The notes under the pieces are model-generated. The model was not told the DNA's origin. It saw only the letters and a program-made list of their open reading frames with translations, and did no database searches. Position numbers and translations under genes: made by a program. Below, piece after piece: positions 28,727 to 39,568 of a stretch of DNA of 64,000 nucleotides (the stretch's first letter is position 1; each line of letters begins with the position of its first letter). This DNA comes from Rhizophagus irregularis (taxonomy: Eukaryota): assembly GCF_026210795.1 (NCBI RefSeq), contig NC_089432.1:1860001-1924000 (forward strand), given 5' to 3'.

Positions 28727-29293
28727 TAAAGCTTCGCACGAGCCGGCTCGAGCCGAGCTGAGCCAAAATTCGAGCCGGCTCGGCTCGATTAGAATTTTCG
28801 AGCTTGGCTCGTGTCGAGCCAACCTCGAGCCGAGCCGAGCTGAGTTTTAAGGTGGCTTGGCTCGAGCCGAGCCAAGCTTTTATCAAATTCTGCATATTTC
28901 TCGTAATTTTTTTAATTTTGGCCGGAATTAAGTAATCGACACGGAAATTTCCTTTTTTGAACACCTGAGTAACGTTACACAATCCAAAAAAGGCAATTTT
29001 ATTTCTTATCAAAAATGGGGAAATACGTTGCACAGGATTCCAAAAAAGGAAATTTCTATGTCGATCACTTAATTCCGGCCAAAATTAAAAATCACGTGAC
29101 GCCGGCAATAATAAAGAAAAAAAGTTCTGGAGCTCGCGAGCCAGCTCATAACTCGCGAGTCAGCTCGAATGAGCTGTATCAAAGCTCGGCTTGAATGAGC
29201 CGAGCCAAATTTATTACGAGCCGTGGCTCAGCTCAGCTCGATATACCTAGCTCGCGAGCCGGCTCGAGCTGGACTGGCTCGTGCGGAGCACTA
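28727..29293. mobile_element. hAT MITE with GAGCC/GCTCG subterminal repeats
   Basis: TAAAGCTTCGCACGAGCC ... GGCTCGTGCGGAGCACTA. 8-bp TSD GAAATCAG/GAAATCGG. Inserted inside one micro-exon. Confidence 0.85.
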
Positions 29294-30297
29294 GAAATCG
29301 GTTCCAGCGTGAATACCGAATCCCAAAGATAAGTTTTGAAAAAAAAATTTTGAAACTTTCTTTAATAAAATGTTTTTATAATAAAAACGTTTTTTTTATA
29401 TTTTAATTATAGGGAAATCAGTTCCGGCGTGGATACCGAATCCCAAAGATAAGTTTTGAAAATTTTCGAAACTTTAATATAAAAAACGTTATTTTTAACA
29501 TTTTTTTTTATTTTTTTTGTAGGAATTCAGTTCCAACGAGGACGCTGATATTCCAAGTAAGTTTCGTTTTCGAAACTTCTTTAAAAAAAATGTTTTTTAA
29601 CGTTTTTTTTTATATTATTGTAGGGAAATCAGCTCCTACTTGGATACCAAATCCCATACTAAGTGAACGAATTTTAGAAACTTTGATATAAAAAAATGTT
29701 AATTTTAATTTCTAACGTTTTTTTTTATTCTTTTCCTTTCTTTCGCCCTTATTCTTTCTTCTATTGGGTGAAAAATTTTTTTTATTTATATTATTTTTTT
29801 TTATTTTGTAGGTTCAGCTTTCAGTTCTTGGGCTTTGGATATATACTAGATGAGTTTCGAAAACTTCGAAACTCTAAAAAAATATTTTTTTAATTTTTTT
29901 TTCTTCTTTGTAGGTTTCGGCTTGGGCTTTAGATATATGGGTGAGTTTTGAAGTGAAAGAATCGAAACTCAAAAAAAAAACAATTTTTTTTAATTTTTTT
30001 TTTCTTCTTTGTAGGTTTCGGCTTCCAATTCTTGGGCGTTGGATATATACTAGGTAAGTTTCGAAAACTTCAAAACTCTTTAAAAAAATTATTTTTTTAA
30101 ATTTTTTTTTCTATTTTGTAGGTTTTAGCCTCCGATTCTTGGGCGTTGGATAGGTGTGTTCAAAGTTTTGTTTTCTTTTTTCTTACAAATTATTTTATCG
30201 AAGAAACTTTAACTAATCGTTTCTTCTTTTTTTTTGTAGGTTTCTACTTCGGATTTTTGGTTTGGTAAGTTTTAAATATTTCGAAACAAATTTTTTT

Positions 30298-30949
30298 TAT
30301 TATTGCTGTTTTCTAATTACTGTGATTAAGGTTGCTTGCCGAAACCTAGGGGTTTAGGCAAGATGGCGTTTTGCCGAAAAGTGAAATTCTGCCGAAACTA
30401 TATTAAAGTTATATTAAAAAACTGGCGAAACTTTGGAGAAAGGCGAAACTGCCGAAACTTATTATAAATGCCGAAACTGCTAAAACTCTGCCGAAACTAT
30501 AATAAATCTATAGTAAAATTTTGACGAAACTAATCGTAGGATTTTGAGGAGGTTTAGACAAGCAACCTTAACTGTGATCTAGCATTATTTAATAAAAAAA
30601 AAATTTTTTGAGAAAATATGTGAAAATAAAAATTTTATTGTATTTTCAAATAAAGGAAGTATGATTATAAGCTGAAAATTACAATTTTAAGAAAAAATTT
30701 TCAATTTTTAAATAAGTTTACTTATAAGTAACTTTTTAAATTTTGTGTAACAAATCGTTTTTTAAAAAGTTATTTATAAGCAAACTTATTTAAAGATTGA
30801 AAATTTTTTCTTAAAATTATAATTTTAGCTTATAATCAAACCTCCTTTATTTGAAAATGCAATAAAATTTTTATTTTCACATATTTTCTCAAAAATTTTT
30901 TTTTTTATTAAATAATGTTAGATCACAGTAATTAGAAAACAGCAATAAA
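30298..30949. mobile_element. Near-perfect fold-back element (~200-bp arms)
   Basis: TTATTGCTGTTTTCTAATTACTGTGAT[MITE]CTAGCATTATTT... is mirrored by ...AAATAATGTTAGATCACAGTAATTAGAAAACAGCAATAA. Confidence 0.75.
30327..30570. mobile_element. hAT MITE with GCCGAAAC repeats
   Basis: TAAGGTTGCTTG ... CAAGCAACCTTA with a perfect 8-bp TSD ACTGTGAT. Confidence 0.9.
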
Positions 30950-31901
30950 GAATCGGTTTGCTAACCGTTTCTTTATTTTTTTTGTAGATTTCCCCTTTTG
31001 AACTTTATTGGATGGGCGTGTAAGTTTCGAATTTTTTGAAACTTTACTCTTTTTATTAAAGAAACGAACTAACCATTTCTTCTTTTTTTTGTAGGTTTCC
31101 ATTATCAAATTGGGGTAAGTTTCGAAAATATTTCAAAACTCATTTTTTATCGAAGAAACGTTAAACGAATTGTTTCTTCTTTTTTTTGTAGATTTCTCCC
31201 TTCGGACTTTATTGGATGGGCGTGTAAGTTTCAAATTTTCAAAACTTTATTTTTTTTATTAAAAGAAACAGTTGACTAACTATTTTTTTACTTTTTTTGT
31301 AGGTTTCCCCTTCAGATTTTATCAGATTGGGTAAGTTTCTTTTGAAACTTCAATTTTTTTATTATAAAAAATGAATTACTGACCATTTCCTCCCTTTTTG
31401 GTAGGGTTTCTTCAGACTTTTATCATGTTAGGTGAGGATGATGGGTGAATGCATGATGGATGGTGGACGGTAGAGTCGGTAGATAGTTTATATAGATAAT
31501 AGATAGATATTAATTAATATGTAATTTTTAATAAAATGAATTAATAAAATTTAATTAATAAATTGTTACTATAAAATTAAAATCAGCTGTACAAAAATCG
31601 GTAATAATTATAGGTTTATTAACAATCGTCAATTTGATTTTACCGATTTGTTGCCAATTTCTACTGATCGATTTGTTGACAAGTGGCAGGCGTTATGGTG
31701 CAAATCATCCATAAATAATTTTGACGATTTTTTTGGCAATGATTGGCCAAATTTAGACCAGCTTTCGTCCAACATTCGGCAATTTAAAATTTTGCCGAAA
31801 TGGACTATTCTGACCAGTGCTCTTTTAGTTAAATATTAATGTATCACAAATATTCCTGCTATTTCTTTTATGGTTCAATTCAGAATTGGGTTTGCCGTAA
31901 T

Positions 31902-33660
31902 TTATGGCCCACCGTAAGCACAAAAAGTATATACAAAAGTTGGCATTTGAATATATAAAAGTTAACATTTGAATATATAAAAGTTAACATTTGAATATAC
32001 AAAAGTTAACATTTGAATATATAAAAATCAATATGCTGCCAGTTTTGTCAAATCTAAAATTTTATTACTTAATTTAGAAATAAAAAAAATTTGTTGCCTA
32101 ATTTAGAAATCTACCGATTTTATGGGCCACCCAAAAAACATGAAATTTTATTTTATCACATTTGTGATATATATTCAAATGATAACTTTTGTATATTTGA
32201 ATGATAACTTTTGTATATTCAAATGATTACCTTTGTATATTCAAATGTCAACTTTTGTATATTCAAATAACTACTTTTGTATATTCAAATGACCACTTTT
32301 GTATATTTGCATGTATAAAAGTAGTCATTTGATATACAAAAGTTAACATTTGGATATACAATAGTTGTTATTTGTATATATATTTTTGTATATTCAAATG
32401 ATAAGTTCTGTACAGTATATACTTTTTGCATCTACAATGGGTTATAATCACAAACCATTTTGCATATTTATGGCTGCTGAGATATGATGGCTTTATTTGT
32501 AAAATTGTGATTGTAGGTGCATATGTCATAAAATGCATTATGTAAATTAATTACTACAGCTTTGGTTGTTGTAGTAACCTTATAGTGAATTTTTTAAAAT
32601 TTTACTATAGTTTATTTTAATTTACTGTATGTTATTTCATATAACCAATTTTTTTGTTATACACTGTAGATATATTAAATAAAATAAAACTAATCTTGAA
32701 AGTTCATTATCAATCAAAAGTAAAGTATGTGAATGCAGTTCAAAAAATTTCTCCTTCCAAAGTTTGCCATAAAAATTTGAAGAAATGAAAATTATGCACC
32801 TGGCCAATCATTCATCAGCTGCTGGATAACAAGAAACATCCTATCAAAGCATAATGGAATAAAATCTGCAAATACACTTTAATTCTTTGATATAATTATG
32901 AAATTTGATTACATTTATCAATGATGAACATTAATATGTTTCTAATTTACAAATAACTGAACTTCCAATCCAATAATATTCCTATAAAAAACATTTATAT
33001 GATTAGTACACTGTATTTTCATATTTTACAAACACTACATATTATCATAACACCCGTATTATTACCATATAATTACAGTTTTTTTACAGTATTTTCACAG
33101 ACTGTATTTCTGCATACAATCATATTATATATACAGTTTGCATACAGTATGTTTTTTCAGTTTAACCTGTATGTTTTATACTTATAAACAGTTATTTCAT
33201 CATTTTAAACAGTAATATTTATACTTGTAAATAGTATATTTTATCAGTTTAAACAGTATGTTTTATATTTATAAATAATATATTATATAAATTATTTTAT
33301 AATAATACTAGCCAGTTTTATAAAATAATGCCAGCCAAATTTATATAAGTAATATCAATACAAATAAATTTGTAATAGTATATAAAACACTAAATAATAT
33401 TTAATTTTTTAAAAAAATAAGAAACATACTGTATATAAGATTTTTTAATAAATGTAAAATCTCTTATATTATGTAAGGATATAAAAGTTATCATTTCAAC
33501 TGAATATACAAAGTTAACATTTAAATATATGAAAGTTGTTATTTGAATATACATTTTTGTATATTCAAATGATCATTCTTGTATATTTAAATGTATAAAA
33601 GTAATCATTTGAATATATAAAAGTTATCATTTGAATATACAAAAGTTAATATTTAAATGG
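31902..33660. repeat. 22-bp repeat clusters (TTTGAATATACAAAAGTTAACA) in both orientations; degraded MITE(s)
   Basis: Arrays at 31930-32030, 32170-32410 and 33480-33660. Degenerate inverted ends at 31902 and 32448. Confidence 0.6.
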
Positions 33661-34477
33661 GTTTTGTTTTTTATCGCACCTGCGTTATGTCGCACCCTAT
33701 AATATGTTACATATAAAAGTCAAAAATGACATTCTAAATCCTTTTTGATATATTAAGAAAACTTGTAGGGCGGTCAAAAATACGTATAGTATAAGATTTC
33801 TTATAGTACATAGTAAGTGCATAAGGCCTCACGCAAGGATTTTTAAAAAATAGGAAATCTTAATGAAGTCATGTGATCAAAATGATCAACATAATTTAAT
33901 ATATAAAAACTAGTGTACATTTGGATCTGTGAGTTTTAATGCTGAAAATAAAATTTATGCTAAAAATTAGAGGTTGATTCAATAATAATATTAATAATCT
34001 TACTGATCATAACTGATTAATTAATTTAGTAAATATAAAAAAAAAATATTAAAATTTTTTTACTCATATGTTTAGTATAAGAAAGTGGTATTTATTAATT
34101 CAAATAAACAACAAAAAAAATATTAATTTAATTTTTTAAAAAAGCTCAAAGCACTTTTTTGCTTTGAAACTTACTGATAAAGTTTTGAAATCATTTTTTA
34201 ATAAGAATAGATCAGTGTATACAATAGATAGATATAAAAAAATTTTTCTAGGATTTTTTTATATTAGATTGGTATAGTATAATGAATAGATATAAAAAAT
34301 TTTTTGGAATTTTTTTTTAATAATAATAGATTGGTATAAATATATTTTGAGTTTTTTTTAACAATAAAGTCAATAGAATAATGGATAGATATAAAAAGTT
34401 TGCTAGAATTTTTTTAATACAATAAGTTGGTAAAAAAATAATTTCTGAGATTTATGACAAATTGATTGGTATAGCAT

Positions 34478-35587
34478 TGAGATCCCCCAATTCCCTCTGT
34501 CATCAATTTACAGAGTTGCCACATCGAACGGGCATTCCCATGGTCGAACGAACGAATAAATGAATGAACGAATAAACGAACGAACGAATAAACGAACGAA
34601 CGAACAATTAAACGAACAAGCAAATAATCGACGGCATAATTAACAAATAATATAATCGCACAACAACAATATACAACAACATTCTTGGTTTACAACATAA
34701 ATAGCGTTAGTAATATAAAACATCAAGCGATATAAAATAAAATTTAACTTCTCTAAATTTTCCCCAAATTATATCCACTTTTACCTTTAATTTCAAACTT
34801 CGATAGCTCTCGCTACGAATTGTTACTTTCCAAAAGTGTATATTTAATTCACCTTAAAATTTCCATTTATTCAATTAAAATTAATTAAGCAAACATTAAT
34901 TAAAGTTTAGGGCGAACCTATTACCTTTAATTAACATTAAACTTTACTAACAAATAATTAAAAAATAAAACTTATATTTTTATTGAGTTCTGTGGATGAG
35001 AACTGTGGAATTATTTTGAATTCTGTTCTCTTTTTATACAAATTTTATGCTACTTTCTATTCTATCTATATACTATCTTTTATGTTCTTTTTACATATTA
35101 TCTTTGAACTATCTTTCTAATATACTATCTATATTTTAAATACACTATCTTTTAATATGCTATCTTTTATATATATATATATTATCTTTTATAACATCTT
35201 TGTATTATCTTTTTATATTATCTTTTATATTATTTTATGTTCTTTAATCTTTTCGACATTATTTTATATGTTCTTTCAATCCGCTTCATGTGTTTTGCTT
35301 ATAATCTATCTTTTGTGGCTTATAATTATTCTTTCTAATCGTTCTTATTGTTAAAGATTGCTAAGCCGCAATTGATCGACTCTATTTATCCTATTGGTTC
35401 TTTGTCAATCATTTGATAAATATTACATCATGTAGATCATTACTCTTCCTAAATGTTTATCCTTTTCGGCTAATTGTTTATCCATCTACGCCAATTCATA
35501 ATCAATTTGTTCGTTCTTAATATTTGGCAATTACATTTGGTGATTGAATTTTATCATCTTTTCATGCTTGATATTCGACCGTTTACA
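34478..35587 (-). repeat. 3' LTR (1110 bp)
   Basis: Direct repeat of 44314-45426, differing by ~9 transitions and one 3-bp indel (counted by eye). Confidence 0.95.
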
Positions 35588-35600
35588 TTATCCCCCTCTT
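35588..35600 (-). other. Polypurine tract
   Basis: AAGAGGGGGATAA on the minus strand, immediately before the 3' LTR. Confidence 0.85.
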
Positions 35601-35662
35601 CGCTATTTGTGACCTCACAAATAACTTTGATAGAATCGAACTCGTGTCTTATCCATAATATT

Positions 35663-36889
35663 TTACTCGAATCGAACTCGGGTCTTATCGAATACCTCTT
35701 TTCCTTTAATTACTATTTTTGGTGTAAATCTCCCTCGATCATAAAATTTCTTTAACCATTCTCCATTTTGTGAAGTCTTTAGTATTCTTCCATCCAATTC
35801 TTTGAGTTTATATGCCCCATTTCCAAATTCTTCGTGAATTAAATATGGTCCTTTCCATTTGTTCTGTAATTTTCCAGACCATTGTTTTTCTCTTCACGCT
35901 TCGTATAATAATACTTTTTCTCCTATTTCAAATTTAGGTTTCCTAATTCCTCTTTTGTCATGTTGTTGTTTTTGTTTTTCTTGAGCTTCTTCCACGTTCT
36001 CTTTTATTTTTCTTCTTATTACTGGTAGCTCCTCAATTAGTATTTTTACTCTATCAGCTAATGTTATCTTGTTTTCATCTTTGTCTAATGGTAATTTCGC
36101 TCTCCTTCCGTACGTTGCATAAAAAGGTTTAATTCTTGTTGACGATTGCTTCTTTGTTCTGTATGCAAATAATACGGATGGTATATGTTTATCCCAGTTT
36201 TCTTCTCCTAATTTGGCTAATCCTTCGCATAAAGTTTTATTGAATCTTTCGACCAAACCATTTGTTTGTGGCCTATATGGTGTACTTAATCTATGATTTA
36301 TCCCACATCTTTCTACTAATTCCTCCATCATTCTATTGTTAAAGTGAGTCCCTCTATCGCTAATTATTTTCTTTGGACACCCATGTCTACAAATTATATC
36401 CCTCCAAATAAATTCTACTACCTCTTTCGCTGTAGCTTCTTTTAGTGGTGCAGCCTCGGGCCATTTTGTAAAATAATCCATTACTACTACAATATACTTA
36501 TTTCCCTTTTCTGTCTCTTTTAATGGTCCAACTATATCTATTCCAATCATCTCGAATGGTTCATTTATCTTTATCGGCATTAATTCGTTCTTTCCTCTTG
36601 GTTTTCCTCTCATTTGACAATTCCAACACGTTTTTACATATTCTTCTACATCTTCTTTCATATTTTTCCACCAATAGTTTTCTTTTATTCTATCTAATGT
36701 CGCTTCTACTCCAAAATGTCCTGATAATTCGTTATCATGCATCATGTACATCAATCCTTCGTATTCATAATCCCTGATTACTCTAAATTTGTTTTGTCCT
36801 TTTACTCTATATAGAATTCCTTCTTTCAATTCATATTTATTCTCCTTTTCGATATTGTCAATTATTCTCTTGTAATTATTTTCTTCCAT
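35663..36889 (-). CDS. Integrase (separate ORF; internal TGA at 35894)
   Basis: HHCC (HDNELSGH...CWNC), IGIDIVG / ISDRG / VERFN DDE core. Past the TGA the same frame continues KLQNKWKGPYLI (GPY/F) to TAA at 35663. No chromodomain. Confidence 0.93.
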
Positions 36890-36938
36890 AATACCTCTTT
36901 AATTGATTTCGCTTCTAAATTTGTTATGTTCTGTATTT

Positions 36939-39020
36939 TTAGTTCTGTGCTCTTCTCCATTTCTCCACCTCTTTAAATACTTTTCTCCAACTACTATTGT
37001 CATTTTTAACTTTTACTCGACTGTATCTTTTAGTATCTTCGTACACGCCCTGATTTTCTTCAAACATTCTAACCATGTCCAAATATTCATCCTTCTTTAA
37101 TGTTGGATATGATGATTTTTCCGTTTTCTTTGTTTCTCTTCCAATGTAATTTTTCCAACATACGTCGCCATCTTTTTCTAAAAATATCACTATTGATTTA
37201 TCTATTGTTTCTTTCAATCTGAATATTTCTTTTTCCATCTCATGATTTCCATGTGGAGTAATTAATCCTCTGTCAAAACTTTTCGTTTTTTGATAATAAT
37301 ATTCACAATATGGTGATTTGTCTAAAATTATTATATCTGTATCTTCATCATATTCTAACATTCTTCTGTTTATTTGTTCTACTACTTCTTTTCTAAATTT
37401 CCATTCCGTCTCCATCTTTGATTCATAAAATTCATCTTTGTCTTTTCTTCTTCTTTTATAAGTATTGAATCTTACTTTTAATCCTTGTTTTTCCCATTCT
37501 TTAATTAAATTTTGTACTATACTTGTTTTTCCTAATCCGTCTACTCCGTCGATTATTACTATTTCTGGTTGATCCTCTACTATCTTTAATAACCTACTTA
37601 ATGCGTCGGCGTTCGTATTTTCTTTTCCCGACCTATGTATTACTTCAAAATTATATTGCTGTAATTCCATCACCCATCTTGCTCTTTTTCCTTTTGGTAT
37701 CTTTGCATTCATTAATCCTTTTAATGCACTGTGATCTGTTATTACTTTAAATTTTCTATCGATTAAATATTTATGAAAATGTTGAATTCCCCAAACTATT
37801 CCTAAACATTCCAATTCTGTTATCGGATAATTTTCTTCTGCTGGTAATAAACTTCTACTTGCATATGCTATTACTACTTCTTTTCCCTTTTCATCTTTTT
37901 GACTTAATACTGCACCTAATCCTCTTCCTGATGCATCTGTTATCAATAGAAATTCTTTCTTCCAATCCGGATGTCGCAATATTGGATATTGTATTAACTT
38001 TTCTTTCAACTTTTCAAACGCTTCTTGTTGTTCTCTTCCCCAAATGAAAGGTATTCCCTTCTTTCTCAAATCACTTATTGGTCTTGCTATCTTTGAAAAA
38101 TTCTTCATAAATTTTCTGTAATATGAACAAAGTCCCAAAAATGATCTTACTTCTTTCACTGTTATTGGTGCCTTCATTTCTTTTATCTTTTCTATCTTTT
38201 TATCGTCTGGCCTTAATCCATCATTTCCTACTATATGTCCTAAAAATTCTATGTTTCTTTCCAAAAATCTACATTTCTTTAATTTTATTATCAAATTATT
38301 CTCCTGTAACTTCTTTAATACTTTTTCCACATGTTCCATATGGTCTTTTAAATTTTCTGAATATATCATAATATTGTCAATATATACTACTACAAAATCG
38401 TTTATGTATTCTTCTAATATTTCATCCATTAATCTTTGAAATGTTGCTGGTGCATTCGTTAAACCGAATGGCATTACATTATATTCAAACAATCCTTTCG
38501 AACATACAAATGCTGTTTTTTCTTTGTCTTCTTCTTTCATTTCTACCTGATTAAATCCTGCCGCTAAATCTATACTTGAAAACCATTTTGCTTTTCTGTA
38601 TTTGTCTAATAATTCATCCATTCTTGGTAAAGGAAAACTATCCATTATAGTTATCTTATTTAACTTTCTGTAATCAATGCAAAATCTATATTTTCCTGTT
38701 TTCTTTCCTGCTAATGTAACAGGTGAACTCCATGGACTTTTTGATTTTCTTATCCTTCCTTGTTTTAACAATTTATCCACTTCTTCGCTTATAAATTTTG
38801 CCTTTTCATCTGTTTCTTTGTATCTTCTTTGCTTTATTGGTTCTACCCCATCTTTTATTTTTATCTCATGTTGCGCTGCTTTTGTTCTTCCTTCTATTTC
38901 CTCATCGTATTCCAAAATATCTTGGTATTCTAATAGTAATTTTACCATATTTTTCCAAATTGGTTCTTCTACTTCCCCTATACTTAGTTTTTGCATAAAT
39001 TTTTCACTTGGTTCGAGCAT
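36939..39020 (-). CDS. Reverse transcriptase - RNase H - P-loop nucleotide kinase fusion
   Basis: RT: SPWSSP, RFCIDYRKLN, MPFGLTNAPATFQ, YIDN (YxDD mutated). RNase H: TDAS, ELECL, TDH, NADALSR. Then ~215 aa with IVIIDGVDGLGKTS and IIILDKSPYCEYYYQ. Confidence 0.95.
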   Translation of the reverse strand: MLEPSEKFMQKLSIGEVEEPIWKNMVKLLLEYQDILEYDEEIEGRTKAAQHEIKIKDGVEPIKQRRYKETDEKAKFISEEVDKLLKQGRIRKSKSPWSSPVTLAGKKTGKYRFCIDYRKLNKITIMDSFPLPRMDELLDKYRKAKWFSSIDLAAGFNQVEMKEEDKEKTAFVCSKGLFEYNVMPFGLTNAPATFQRLMDEILEEYINDFVVVYIDNIMIYSENLKDHMEHVEKVLKKLQENNLIIKLKKCRFLERNIEFLGHIVGNDGLRPDDKKIEKIKEMKAPITVKEVRSFLGLCSYYRKFMKNFSKIARPISDLRKKGIPFIWGREQQEAFEKLKEKLIQYPILRHPDWKKEFLLITDASGRGLGAVLSQKDEKGKEVVIAYASRSLLPAEENYPITELECLGIVWGIQHFHKYLIDRKFKVITDHSALKGLMNAKIPKGKRARWVMELQQYNFEVIHRSGKENTNADALSRLLKIVEDQPEIVIIDGVDGLGKTSIVQNLIKEWEKQGLKVRFNTYKRRRKDKDEFYESKMETEWKFRKEVVEQINRRMLEYDEDTDIIILDKSPYCEYYYQKTKSFDRGLITPHGNHEMEKEIFRLKETIDKSIVIFLEKDGDVCWKNYIGRETKKTEKSSYPTLKKDEYLDMVRMFEENQGVYEDTKRYSRVKVKNDNSSWRKVFKEVEKWRRAQN

Positions 39021-39055
39021 CTTTTCCGTCTCTCTCTCTTCAGAGCCAAGACTCT

Positions 39056-39568
39056 CTATTTAAAATTCTGGTGCATTCTGAATACCTCTCCTTCATCGTT
39101 ACTTTCGTATTCTTCATCGTCCTCGCTCTCCTCACTTTCATATGCCACTTCTCTTTCATATCCTACTGGAATCGTTATTATTTCTCCCTGTTCTTCTATC
39201 CTTAAGGTATGATCCTCAAAATTTATTTTTGCATTATACAGCTTCCATATATCATTTCCCAAAATTAGATCCTCTTCTTCTGAATCGATTACTTCAACTT
39301 CTTTTAGTATCTCTAATTCATCTTTGTATCTCAAAGTTATATTTGCCTTTCCTAATGCTGCTATCTTTTGTCCATTTGCTATTGTACATCTAAATTTACT
39401 TTTTCCAAATATAGGTATATTCAATCTTCTTCTTAATTTATCTGTTATCACACTTACTGCTGCTCCAGTATCTATTATTACATTCACTAATTGATCTTCA
39501 ACTTCTAATTCTGTTCTCATTGCTGTAGTTCTCTTTTCCTCATTTTTCATAGTTCCCACCGAGCGTAG
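39056..39568 (-). CDS. Retroviral-type aspartic protease
   Basis: VIIDTGAAVSVI and LILGND motifs. In frame with gag, directly after its TGA. Confidence 0.9.
   Translation of the reverse strand, partial: LRSVGTMKNEEKRTTAMRTELEVEDQLVNVIIDTGAAVSVITDKLRRRLNIPIFGKSKFRCTIANGQKIAALGKANITLRYKDELEILKEVEVIDSEEEDLILGNDIWKLYNAKINFEDHTLRIEEQGEIITIPVGYEREVAYESEESEDDEEYESNDEGEVFRMHQNFK

Larger units (their letters stand above)
28017..31430 (+). repeat. Tandem array of ~19 micro-exon/intron units (~100-120 bp period)
   Basis: Each unit is a T-tract + YAG, a 20-40 nt GC-richer core (e.g. GAAATCGGTTCCGGCGTGGATACCGAATCCCAAAG), then GTAAGT/GTGAGT (ATAAGT in five units). Confidence 0.8.
27569..31819. mobile_element. 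Non-autonomous CACTA/EnSpm-type element
   Basis: CTC|TACTGGTCGAAAT ... ATTCTGACCAGTG|CTC: CACTG-type TIR (left C changed to T) with 3-bp TSD CTC. No transposase. Confidence 0.75.

Noticed and set aside
28701..29033. 110-aa minus-strand ORF
   Set aside because: Arises from GAGCC/GCTCG repeats of a hAT MITE.
28120..29660. Regular repeat/spacer pattern resembling a CRISPR array
   Set aside because: The 'spacers' are themselves homologous AT-rich intron-like sequences, the context is eukaryotic and there are no cas genes.
34414..35755. Short ORFs in the LTRs or as an env-like gene
   Set aside because: Low-complexity LTR sequence duplicated at 44241-45193. There is no room for env between the IN stop (35663) and the PPT.
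36890..36900. Shine-Dalgarno-like AAGAGGT just before the integrase ATG
   Set aside because: Spacing is only 3 nt, the host is eukaryotic and the strand is purine-rich, so likely chance.
36897..37593. Possible intron (AG|GTTATT ... AAG|) that would skip the kinase and fuse RNase H to IN in frame
   Set aside because: Weak donor and AAG acceptor with no pyrimidine tract; unsupported without RNA data.
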